Assembly: GCA_018691345.1 (NCBI GenBank)
Contig: JABGTJ010000039.1
Location: 33,074 to 97,073 of the forward strand
Direction: 5' to 3'
Source: Methanobacteriota archaeon
GTDB taxonomy: Archaea > Thermoplasmatota > Poseidoniia > Poseidoniales > Poseidoniaceae
DNA length: 64,000 nucleotides
Below are positions 54,259 to 64,000 of this stretch, piece after piece (position 1 is the first letter of the stretch; every line of letters starts with the position of its first letter). Under the pieces are notes generated by a model that had not been told where the DNA came from, did no database searches, and saw nothing but the letters and a program-made list of their open reading frames with translations. Both the position numbers and the translations under genes were made by a program.

Positions 54259-55638
54259 TCAAGCTCGGTTGTCTGGGTGGTACTTGTCAATCCACTTCTG
54301 ATCAAGACGGACCAGGTACTTTGTGTCGATTGCAGACATGAGGTTCCAGCACAGGTCGAGGGTTTCTTCGATCGAACGGTCTTCATCACGGGTTTGGCGA
54401 AGGAACTTGTCTTCGAAAACTCCAGAGAAATCAAGCAGTTGCTTGTCTCGCTCGTTCAATGCATCTTCACCGACAATGGCGACAAGTCCACGAAGTTCAC
54501 GGCCTTGTGCATACGCAGCGTACATTTGGTCAGAAACCGATTTGTGGTCTTCACGGGTGGTTTTCTCACCAATACATGACCCCATCAATCGAGAGAGGGA
54601 TGGTAGAACGTTGATCGGCGGATAGATACCTTGTTGGTGCAATTCACGTGAAATAACGATTTGTCCTTCAGTAATGTATCCGGACAAGTCAGGAATTGGG
54701 TGTGTTATATCGTCACCAGGCATGGTAAGAATCGGGAATTGAGTGATTGAACCCTTCTTGTTCTTGATAATTCCAGCACGTTCGTAGAGCATTGCCAAAT
54801 CTGTGTACATGTAACCTGGGTAACCACGTCGTCCGGGAACTTCTTCACGAGCAGCACCGATTTGTCGCAGAGCGTCACAATAGTTGGTCATGTCTGTGTA
54901 GATGACCAGAACGTGGTAATCCTTCTCGAAAGCGAGGTATTCAGCAGCAGTCAGTGCGAGACGAGGCGTAATGATACGCTCGACAGCAGGGTCGTCAGCA
55001 AGGTTAACGAACAAAACCGCATTCTCAAGAGCACCGGTTCGCTCCAAATCGGAACGGAAGAAATTGTATTCTTCAGCGGTAATTCCCATTGCACAGAACA
55101 CAACAATAAATTCTTCATCAGAATCCTTGAGTTTTGCTTGACGAGCAATCTGCAGAGCAATGTCGTTGTGAGGGAGACCAGACGCTGAGAAAATTGGAAG
55201 CTTCTGTCCACGGACAAGACTTGTACAAAGGTCGATTGCAGAAACACCGGTTTGGATGAAATCGTTTGGACTCTGTCGGCTGTAGGGGTTGATAGCAGCA
55301 CCAATAATGTCAGCCTTCTCTTCAGCAACAATCTCAGGCCCGCCGTCACGAGGACGTCCAGCACCATCGAGAATTCGACCGACCAGGTCGGTACTCACAG
55401 GGAGTTTGAAAACATCGCCCATGAATGTGACACCGGATTCTCGGTCAATCTTTGCAGTTCCTTCGAAAACTTGGACGATAACCAAATCGTCAGAGGTATC
55501 GAGAACTTGCCCGTTCTTGATGGTTCCATTGGAGAGTCGTAGGGTTACGATTTCACCAAAGGCAACAGGTTCAGTTTTGTTCAAAAAGACCAGAGGTCCT
55601 TTCACGTCAGTAATGGTTCGGTATTCTTTTCCAGTCAT
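54259..55638 (-). CDS. atpB: A/V-type ATP synthase subunit B
   Basis: [25 protein letters not shown] and [15 protein letters not shown] motifs. Confidence 0.98.
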   Translation of the reverse strand: MTGKEYRTITDVKGPLVFLNKTEPVAFGEIVTLRLSNGTIKNGQVLDTSDDLVIVQVFEGTAKIDRESGVTFMGDVFKLPVSTDLVGRILDGAGRPRDGGPEIVAEEKADIIGAAINPYSRQSPNDFIQTGVSAIDLCTSLVRGQKLPIFSASGLPHNDIALQIARQAKLKDSDEEFIVVFCAMGITAEEYNFFRSDLERTGALENAVLFVNLADDPAVERIITPRLALTAAEYLAFEKDYHVLVIYTDMTNYCDALRQIGAAREEVPGRRGYPGYMYTDLAMLYERAGIIKNKKGSITQFPILTMPGDDITHPIPDLSGYITEGQIVISRELHQQGIYPPINVLPSLSRLMGSCIGEKTTREDHKSVSDQMYAAYAQGRELRGLVAIVGEDALNERDKQLLDFSGVFEDKFLRQTRDEDRSIEETLDLCWNLMSAIDTKYLVRLDQKWIDKYHPDNRA

Positions 55639-55651
55639 GATATTCCTCTCC

Positions 55652-57391
<1,740 letters not shown>

Positions 57392-57419
57392 TTTTATTTC
57401 CTCCATTTGGTTTGGAATC

Positions 57420-57719
57420 TTACTTCCACAGGTCGACTCCTATTGCCTTGCGAATTGTGTCACGCAAGGTGGTGTCTTCTTCCGTACCGATGCCAAGAAC
57501 GGTAGGAGAGACGGATGCCGAGAGTTGGTCACGAAGACGCTCTGGCAGCGTTGATAGGATTGTGGAGTCGACCACAACAATCCCAACGCTCTTTGAATTG
57601 AGTAGAGATTTGAAGACGGAGATCATTGCCTCTTCGCCTTCGGGGTTAAACAGGGTGTCAATACCAGCAAGTTGGAACCCAAGGGTGAATTCCGGTGTTC
57701 CTACGATTGCGATATCCAT
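57420..57719 (-). CDS. atpF: A/V-type ATP synthase subunit F
   Basis: IAIVG....LGFQLAG and IRKAIGVDL motifs. Confidence 0.93.
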   Translation of the reverse strand: MDIAIVGTPEFTLGFQLAGIDTLFNPEGEEAMISVFKSLLNSKSVGIVVVDSTILSTLPERLRDQLSASVSPTVLGIGTEEDTTLRDTIRKAIGVDLWK

Positions 57720-57729
57720 TCATTTCACC

Positions 57730-58776
57730 TCACAGTATGTGTGCCTCGATGACTTCGTTCGATAGGCCAGCCAAGCGACCACGGACAATAAAGCGTAAGT
57801 CGTTCACTTCTTGGACCTTCATGGCCACATAATGAATAACTGGTAGTGCAGAGACTGGGTGGAGATAGCTCATGCGCTTCATGATGTTATGTTCGCGTTC
57901 TTTGAACCAAGTAACGACCGGGTCAAGACTGTTCATTTCTTTCGATTGTGAAAGGACTGCTTCGAATGCTGGGAAATCAAAACGGTTTGAGCCACGTAGT
58001 AGATCCATAGCAGCATCACTGCCACCAGCCGCAATCGAAGAGAATGCTCGTGTAGGAATTAATCGTCCGCCTGGAATCAACAAAGGCACTACATCTTCAG
58101 TTGAGATACCAACATGTTGAGCCTCCAGTATATTCATGAGATTTCGGTGATCGATTTCAGCACCAATCAGTTCCTTGAGGAAGCGATTAACAGCGCCTTT
58201 TCCTTCAATAGACTTCAAAGCGTGCTTGAAATAATGACGATCAAGAGCATCTTCATAGTCACTTAATCGACCATCTTCGGAAACGTTGTTCAAGTCAGAA
58301 CCAAAGGATTTGCGACGCATCTGAACGACTGCAGAACGCAAATCATCTGCGTTTTCGATAATTTTCAACCACGGGGTGTTGATGTCATTTAATTCAGGAA
58401 GAATTGAATGAGCAACTTTTTCCAACTCAACTTCGTTGACCACAGATCGTAGGACCACTTTTGCATTGTAGTACTCGAACCTCGAAGTATATGTCTCGAC
58501 AATACCACGGATTTTACCGTTGCAAAGTGAAAGCATCTTCTCAAGTTCATGCTCTAAATTGTGGGTTAATGCCGCTTCAACCAAATCGCCGCCTTTCATT
58601 TGACCTGCGTACAAGTCAATTTCTGCACGGTAACCGATTTCTCCGACTGCAACAGTCAGTTGTTCGGGTGATTGGCTGATAAGTTGGCGTAGCCTGGCAC
58701 GGTCCGCAAGTTTCTGCCGACGTGATTTAGCACGGGCAGCAACATAAGGTGTGTTTCCAAGCATTACCATCATCAT
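57730..58776 (-). CDS. atpC: A/V-type ATP synthase subunit C
   Basis: PYVAAR, EIDHRNL, IPGG and EVNDLR.I.RG motifs; operon position. Confidence 0.9.
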   Translation of the reverse strand: MMMVMLGNTPYVAARAKSRRQKLADRARLRQLISQSPEQLTVAVGEIGYRAEIDLYAGQMKGGDLVEAALTHNLEHELEKMLSLCNGKIRGIVETYTSRFEYYNAKVVLRSVVNEVELEKVAHSILPELNDINTPWLKIIENADDLRSAVVQMRRKSFGSDLNNVSEDGRLSDYEDALDRHYFKHALKSIEGKGAVNRFLKELIGAEIDHRNLMNILEAQHVGISTEDVVPLLIPGGRLIPTRAFSSIAAGGSDAAMDLLRGSNRFDFPAFEAVLSQSKEMNSLDPVVTWFKEREHNIMKRMSYLHPVSALPVIHYVAMKVQEVNDLRFIVRGRLAGLSNEVIEAHIL

Positions 58777-58779
58777 CCC

Positions 58780-59343
58780 TCAGTCAAAAAGTATTGAATT
58801 AATTTCAGCGAGTTGGGCGTTCCAAGAAGCTTCAAGGAGCGTATCAAAGCGCATGTCGTACGATACCGAACCATCTGGTGATTCGAGAACAAAGCCACCA
58901 AGTCCGTCTATGGCGTCACTAACCTTTCGCTTCCCAGCAAGTTCTGAGAGTGCTTTACGGTCAATTTCGACTGGACGGATTGAGTAGTCATCGCCACCAA
59001 TCTTGTCAGCTTTTGCTATCAAGGATTTGAGCAAACTTGCTCGTCCTGAGAGTTTGGGGCTTCCAAGTGTATCGCTGGCCGATTGCAGGGTCTCATCGAG
59101 AACCTTACGTCGAGCAACGAGTATTTCTTTTTGGTTCGCTTGGCGAGCGCTAGCAACGACTTCACGGGCAATTTGACTTGCTTCACGTTCAGTACGAGTA
59201 GATGCTTCCGAGCGAATGGCGTCAGACTTCGAGTTTGCTTCAGCAAGTATTGCTTTTGCTTCCTCATTAGCTGCTTTGACCATAGCCGAGGCTTCAGCCT
59301 CAGCAGATTTTGCGATATCCTTTGCGAGTGTTTCAAGCGTCAT
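58780..59343 (-). CDS. atpE: A/V-type ATP synthase subunit E
   Basis: Ala-rich N-terminal coiled coil; IDGLGGFVLES.DG...DMRF; operon position. Confidence 0.9.
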   Translation of the reverse strand: MTLETLAKDIAKSAEAEASAMVKAANEEAKAILAEANSKSDAIRSEASTRTEREASQIAREVVASARQANQKEILVARRKVLDETLQSASDTLGSPKLSGRASLLKSLIAKADKIGGDDYSIRPVEIDRKALSELAGKRKVSDAIDGLGGFVLESPDGSVSYDMRFDTLLEASWNAQLAEINSILFD

Positions 59344-59375
59344 ATGTATTCCTCTTTGTTATAATTTTTCACTTA

Positions 59376-59389
59376 CTGGGTTTCCCCAG
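59376..59389 (-). other. GNRA-tetraloop hairpin downstream of atpK
   Basis: Minus strand reads CTGGG-GAAA-CCCAG in the atpK-atpE spacer. Confidence 0.4.
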
Positions 59390-59406
59390 AACAGATGCCT
59401 TCTCCC

Positions 59407-59730
59407 TCACAGGAAAAGTGGCAAAGCACCGAGAATCACGATGGATTCCGGCAACGCAGTGAAAATAAGTGCAACACCGAATTTGCTTCCGTCTTCAGCA
59501 AGCATGCCGACAGCTGCGCTGCCAATGGCTGCTTGAGAAAGACCTGCACCAATTGCTGCAAGTCCTAGGGCAATTCCAGCACCGATAGCAGAGTAGCCCG
59601 ATCCGTCGGATTGGGTGAATTCTGCTGTTTCTTTTTCGGTCAATTCTGCTGTGACACCTTGAGCAACCATGGTGATGGCTGCCAAAAGGATCAATGTTCT
59701 TAGGCTCATTTTTAGGGTATTTACGTTCAT
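59407..59730 (-). CDS. atpK: A/V-type ATP synthase proteolipid subunit K (c)
   Basis: GAGIALGLAAIGAGLSQ...ALPESIVILG single hairpin with the ion-binding Glu; N-terminal leader. Confidence 0.93.
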   Translation of the reverse strand: MNVNTLKMSLRTLILLAAITMVAQGVTAELTEKETAEFTQSDGSGYSAIGAGIALGLAAIGAGLSQAAIGSAAVGMLAEDGSKFGVALIFTALPESIVILGALPLFL

Positions 59731-59760
59731 ATTTACTACCTCCGTTTTTTGTCCGTTGGA

Positions 59761-62109
59761 CTATGATTTATTCTCCACATGGAGATTACGGCCACCGAGC
59801 GGTGCAAAGGCACGGCCGGACCCGTCGTAGAATTTGCCCATCCATTCCACAAAGTGGAGACGGGCAGCGTGAATCGTTGGGGAAAGGATTCCCAGTGCTA
59901 TAGCGAAAACTTGAATGAAGAGGAACAAGACCAGGCAGAGCAGTCCAACAAGAATACCAAAAATTCCACCGCTTGTGAATGCGTCAACCATAGGCTCGAA
60001 GCCCATGGTGATGGACACTTCTGCGATTTTGACGCCGGCAACACCGACAGCCATGATGCGCAGATAAGAGAGTGTGTTTGCGAGAAGACCGAATGTTTCG
60101 ATAGGACCCATGATAAGGCCACCAGCCCATCCGAACTTCTCGAAGATGGCCAAACCGATGATAAGGCTGATGATGCCAACAATCAGCATGACCGTCCAGA
60201 TTTGGAAGTCGAACAGATCATTGTAACCGGAAACCATGTTTCGGCACTGCATGAATCCTCCAATGAGGATGAGGAGCCAAGAGCCCTTTTCGAAGTACGC
60301 TGCTGCAGCTCCATGTGCTTTGTAGACGTTGATGAGCCCAAGCATGTAACCAATGAAGATGTGAATCGCACCAAGGTAGATGGAGAGTATAACGTATTCT
60401 TGCAATCCATGGCCTGCCTCTGCTCTGTGGAAAGGCATGTGGAGTCCGCCGAGATTGAGTAAGTCCGCCAAAGTCGATGGGACATGGACGTTAGCATAGG
60501 TCCATTCATAGAATCCATTGAAAGGTGAATCGGCACCCATTTGTCCGGTTTTATCCCAAACGAAGCCAAAGCCTTCAGCAAATATAATCCCCCAAATGAT
60601 ACACCAGACGCCCATCCAGCGAAGAATAGTAAGTCCTTTTTGCGCCATAGGGTCAACTGCAAATGCTTTGCTACCGAGCCAGGCAGCCAAGAGGAGAAGA
60701 ACAATTCCATATCCCCAGTCTCCCAAAATCATTCCGTAGATGAATGGGAAAGTCATCATGATGAGTGTTGTTGGGTCGAAAGTACCGTACTTTGGACGTC
60801 CCACCAAGTCAACCATCAGTTCAAACGGTTCAGAAGTCGAACTGTTCGTGTATTCAATAGGAGGCTCGACATCGTGGCTTCCGTCGTCATGCGAAGGAGC
60901 ATTACGAATGCGAGTCAAAGTAATGTCAAGTTCTGGAAGATTGATTTTCCCATCACCATCGAGGTCAACAGCTGCAACGAGTTTACCCATTTCCCAAGGC
61001 GGGAGATTGGCAATATTGGCGTTCTTGAGTGCTGTTTGGAACTCATAACAGTCGATAAGACCGGATTCATCCAAGTCGATGGCGTTGAAGAATTGGAAAA
61101 CAGTCTGATTTGATTTGTTCAGGTAGTTCGAGAGCATCAAGAGTTCTTCGGGGTCGGAAGAGCCGTGATCTTCGTGTTCGCCGTGATCGTGATGTCCACC
61201 TTCGTACGCCTCAACCGATACGTGAGATGCAACCTTTGACAATTCTGCCTCTACCATGCTCGCTTGGTCTGTTGGGACCCATCCATCTAGAGCAAAGGCT
61301 TGGTTGCTGACTGCAACCAATGTTGGCGCCGTAAAGACGGCAGCCTCACGGTTAAGGTATTCTTTTGCAGCGACTAGGTTTCGACCGTTTCGAAGTGTCC
61401 AGGCATCAAGTGCGGACTGTGTGTCGGTGATTTTTGATTCAAGGAGAGCGATTTCTGAAAGGAGTTTTTTTGATTTTTCAGCAGGTGAGCCCTCTCCCGC
61501 AGGAATTTGGACAGGTTTCGAGCCCAACTCTGCCATGCAGATTTGAACTTCAGCGGAGTGTTCTGAGCGGCATGCAACTGCAACGAGTCCGCCGGCAGCA
61601 TGCAGTTCAATCTCACTAAGAATGTCTGCAAAAACTTCCTTTGCCTTCGAAAAACGACGAGTTTCGCCTACGAATACTTCGAGACCTTCGTATCCTGCCA
61701 TCAATTCGAGAGGTATGTCTAATGGAGCAAGTCGATTCAAAACTTGGAATTGCTCTTCAGAGGATGAAATCGTGGCCTCAGCATCACGGATGGTATCGAT
61801 GTATTCGAGAGCTGCCGTGATTTTCTCTTCAAAGCCAACAATCATCTTGGAGGCTTCTTTGTGAGACATTGGCCCATCGGAATTAACTGCCAGTACGGCT
61901 GAAGAGACTGCTTGTACCTTGACCAGTAGGCTGCTGATGGCGTTGGCTTCATCAGAACTCATTGAAGAACCGACGCCAATGCCGTCTTCGAATCGCCCAT
62001 ACTCTTCGATATGGACGCACGAAAGGTCAGTGCAAAGACGGAGAATTTCTTCTAACTTTTCAACAGGAGCCGCTACTGTGAGACGGGACATGTCGGAAGT
62101 AGCAAACAT
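59761..62109 (-). CDS. atpI: A/V-type ATP synthase subunit I (a) with inserted EF-hand pair
   Basis: DGWVP, PKY..FDPT, FIYGMILGDWGYG, SYLRIMA, HAARLHFVEW..KFY.G.GR.F.P motifs; about 110-aa insert at residues ~303-415. Confidence 0.96.
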   Translation of the reverse strand: MFATSDMSRLTVAAPVEKLEEILRLCTDLSCVHIEEYGRFEDGIGVGSSMSSDEANAISSLLVKVQAVSSAVLAVNSDGPMSHKEASKMIVGFEEKITAALEYIDTIRDAEATISSSEEQFQVLNRLAPLDIPLELMAGYEGLEVFVGETRRFSKAKEVFADILSEIELHAAGGLVAVACRSEHSAEVQICMAELGSKPVQIPAGEGSPAEKSKKLLSEIALLESKITDTQSALDAWTLRNGRNLVAAKEYLNREAAVFTAPTLVAVSNQAFALDGWVPTDQASMVEAELSKVASHVSVEAYEGGHHDHGEHEDHGSSDPEELLMLSNYLNKSNQTVFQFFNAIDLDESGLIDCYEFQTALKNANIANLPPWEMGKLVAAVDLDGDGKINLPELDITLTRIRNAPSHDDGSHDVEPPIEYTNSSTSEPFELMVDLVGRPKYGTFDPTTLIMMTFPFIYGMILGDWGYGIVLLLLAAWLGSKAFAVDPMAQKGLTILRWMGVWCIIWGIIFAEGFGFVWDKTGQMGADSPFNGFYEWTYANVHVPSTLADLLNLGGLHMPFHRAEAGHGLQEYVILSIYLGAIHIFIGYMLGLINVYKAHGAAAAYFEKGSWLLILIGGFMQCRNMVSGYNDLFDFQIWTVMLIVGIISLIIGLAIFEKFGWAGGLIMGPIETFGLLANTLSYLRIMAVGVAGVKIAEVSITMGFEPMVDAFTSGGIFGILVGLLCLVLFLFIQVFAIALGILSPTIHAARLHFVEWMGKFYDGSGRAFAPLGGRNLHVENKS

Positions 62110-62119
62110 TGGGAACGCC

Positions 62120-62446
62120 TCACTGTGAAGTTACTGAATCAAGAAGACTCTTGACTGCTTTTTCTTTTCGACTGGATGCAGACGATTCGATATTTTCGAC
62201 GATCGATGCGCCATCTTTGAGGACTGCATCTGCTTCTTTACCTGCTTTCGAGCGTGCTGCATCGAGCGTAGCCTGAGTTTCGCTTACTGAATCTTCAGTA
62301 GCGCCGGTAACAAGTGCTGCAGCCTCACGACGGGCATCGGCAGTGATTTTGTTGGACTCTGTTTGAGCGGAAGAAAGTCGCTTTTCAGCAGACTGCTCAG
62401 CCTCTTTGATTTTTCGGAGGACATCTTTCATACCCAAGTAAATCAC
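62120..62446 (-). CDS. atpH: A-type ATP synthase subunit H (G-like peripheral stalk)
   Basis: VLRKIKEAEQSA coiled coil; first gene of the operon. Confidence 0.8.
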   Translation of the reverse strand: MIYLGMKDVLRKIKEAEQSAEKRLSSAQTESNKITADARREAAALVTGATEDSVSETQATLDAARSKAGKEADAVLKDGASIVENIESSASSRKEKAVKSLLDSVTSQ

Positions 62447-62522
62447 CAGTGTTCCGCCGAATGGAAAGAGGTTTATGAGGCTAATGGGCGTTAAGAATGG
62501 AGTTTTCGAAGCAGGAACCCCT

Positions 62523-63272
62523 TTATTCCATCTTTGGTTTTGTTGCCCTAAAGCGTGTTGACATCATAAATGGAAGCAAAAGTCGACCCTGAACGTCATC
62601 GAATCCAACATCCTTCATCATGGAGCGATAGTAACCGTTCGTACCGTACTGAGTGTATGTGTTCGCAAGGCCTTTCCATGGATGGTTTTTCTCCTTGGTA
62701 ACGTACCTTGCAATCCATTGAACTACGGTTGCCATCCAAATCCGGCCACCAAGGCCATGGAACCAATTGGCTTTTCCAGCATCGCAAATTACCAAGCGTC
62801 CGCCGGGTTTTAGAACGCGATAAATCTCACTCAATCCCTTTTTTTTGTCCTGGAAATCACGGAAAGAAAACAGGCAGAACACCATATCGAATGTGTTGTC
62901 GTCCAATGGGATTGATTCTGCAATAGCTTCGACGTATTGAGCGGGAGACTCGCCGCGCGACTCGCGAGCGGAATCGACGCGATTTTTCGCTACCTTGAGC
63001 ATCTCTGCAGATGGATCGAGGCATGTCACATCGAGTCCGACAAGGTCTTCGGCAAAAGATCCTGGACCACATCCGACTTCGAGAATTTTCATTCCTGGAG
63101 AGGCGTGGTTTCGAACATTGCGCCTCCATCTTTTGTCTTGCCCGAAGGTCATTAACCGATTCACTCGGTCGTAATTCGGAATTGTTTCCTCGAGTTGTAA
63201 CTCGAGTTGTTCCCATGCATCGATATCGATGCCGGAAGGATCGTAACCACCTGTTGCTGAACGGTCGCCCAT
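62523..63272 (-). CDS. UbiE/MenG-family class I SAM methyltransferase
   Basis: YDRVNRLMTFGQDKRWR, LEVGCGPG, AESIP..DNTFD and RVLKPGG motifs. Confidence 0.85.
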   Translation of the reverse strand: MGDRSATGGYDPSGIDIDAWEQLELQLEETIPNYDRVNRLMTFGQDKRWRRNVRNHASPGMKILEVGCGPGSFAEDLVGLDVTCLDPSAEMLKVAKNRVDSARESRGESPAQYVEAIAESIPLDDNTFDMVFCLFSFRDFQDKKKGLSEIYRVLKPGGRLVICDAGKANWFHGLGGRIWMATVVQWIARYVTKEKNHPWKGLANTYTQYGTNGYYRSMMKDVGFDDVQGRLLLPFMMSTRFRATKPKME

Positions 63273-63356
63273 GACGGTTCCTCACGCCCGACCTCTTTGG
63301 ATATGTCGCCCTGAATAGACTGGGAAAGAACCCGTAAAGTGGTCGTAAAAACGCCC

Positions 63357-64000
63357 TCAAGCGATACGTTCGACGGTCTCTGGAGTGATTCCTTCTTCTG
63401 GGGTTACTCGGAACACGAGAATTTTGAGATTCTCAGGAGCGTTTCGGAATTTAGATACAATCATCGAGGTTTCAAAGTCCGTACCAATTGTTCGAACTTG
63501 GAACGAGAGAACCATATCAGCAATCGATGCGAGTTCTTGTTTGACCGTAGGATCAAGACCGTTGGTTGACACGGAGACGAGAAGTAACCCTCGATTTAAT
63601 TGTACATGCGCTTGCAGCATACGGACCATAGCGATAACTCGCGCTGGGTCTTCACGTTGCAAGAAGAAATCAAGACTGTCAATAACTGCTCTAAAATAAG
63701 GGCCTAGAGCCATGACCTCGTTGGTGACTTCGGTAAGATAGTCTTGCGTGTTGTCATCAACGAAACGCGTTTGGGCAAGTCGGCGGATATCGTCAAGTCG
63801 GAAACCTTCCAATCGATATCTGCTTGCGAGAAGCTCTCTTTCAAGGACGGTTGAGTTGTATTCTTCTCCAATGGTACGGACGCTAATGTCCAGCGGCCAG
63901 TCGTACTTTTGGAAAATCCGAATAATTTCTTGTTGGCCCTCATTGGTCGAGATGTAGAGGGTGTTTTCTGCCTCTTCAGCGGGAGAAGTGAACTGTTTTG
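63357..64000 (-). CDS. RAD55/KaiC-like (RecA-superfamily) ATPase, partial (N-terminus outside the window)
   Basis: Frame is open to the window edge (KQFTSPAEEAENTLYISTNE...); RAVIDSL, IAD.V, VSKFRN and FRVT...GI motifs. Confidence 0.8.
   Translation of the reverse strand, partial: KQFTSPAEEAENTLYISTNEGQQEIIRIFQKYDWPLDISVRTIGEEYNSTVLERELLASRYRLEGFRLDDIRRLAQTRFVDDNTQDYLTEVTNEVMALGPYFRAVIDSLDFFLQREDPARVIAMVRMLQAHVQLNRGLLLVSVSTNGLDPTVKQELASIADMVLSFQVRTIGTDFETSMIVSKFRNAPENLKILVFRVTPEEGITPETVERIA

Noticed and set aside
59779-60710. Long antisense and alternative-frame ORFs over atpI (similarly over gyrA, smc, acyl-CoA dehydrogenase and eif2g)
   Set aside because: They fully overlap well-conserved genes, carry no motifs and are expected from codon bias.
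60862-61203. AtpI insert as an intein or mobile element
   Set aside because: No N-terminal Cys/Ser block, no His-Asn terminus, no endonuclease motifs and no terminal repeats.

Overview
Gene-dense archaeal chromosomal window with about 52 CDS and no rRNA, tRNA, CRISPR or mobile element that I can see. Archaeal informational genes (cdc6/orc1, rpS6e, aIF2-gamma, dph2, A-type ATP synthase operon) sit alongside DNA gyrase, class II HMG-CoA reductase, SMC-ScpAB and secreted PKD/M28/M61 peptidases. This mix points to Thermoplasmatota, most likely Marine Group II (Ca. Poseidoniales); that assignment is an inference. The standout observation is canonical EF-hand Ca2+-binding loops grafted onto two core cytoplasmic machines: a paired EF-hand module inserted in ATP synthase subunit I (AtpI) and a single EF-hand in the C-terminal tail of GyrA. 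A stand-alone EF-hand protein in the same window has an EF pair that aligns without gaps to the AtpI insert. Together these suggest a possible calcium-sensing layer over energy conservation and DNA supercoiling. Other leads are an operon encoding a degenerate AAA+/winged-helix protein preceded by a helically phased GTTAA array, a G-string-rich intergenic region upstream of gyrB, a bacterial-type (class II) CCA-adding enzyme, a membrane-anchored Smr-like protein, a GcvH lacking the lipoyl lysine, a pseudo-site-2 protease and several small intergenic hairpins.
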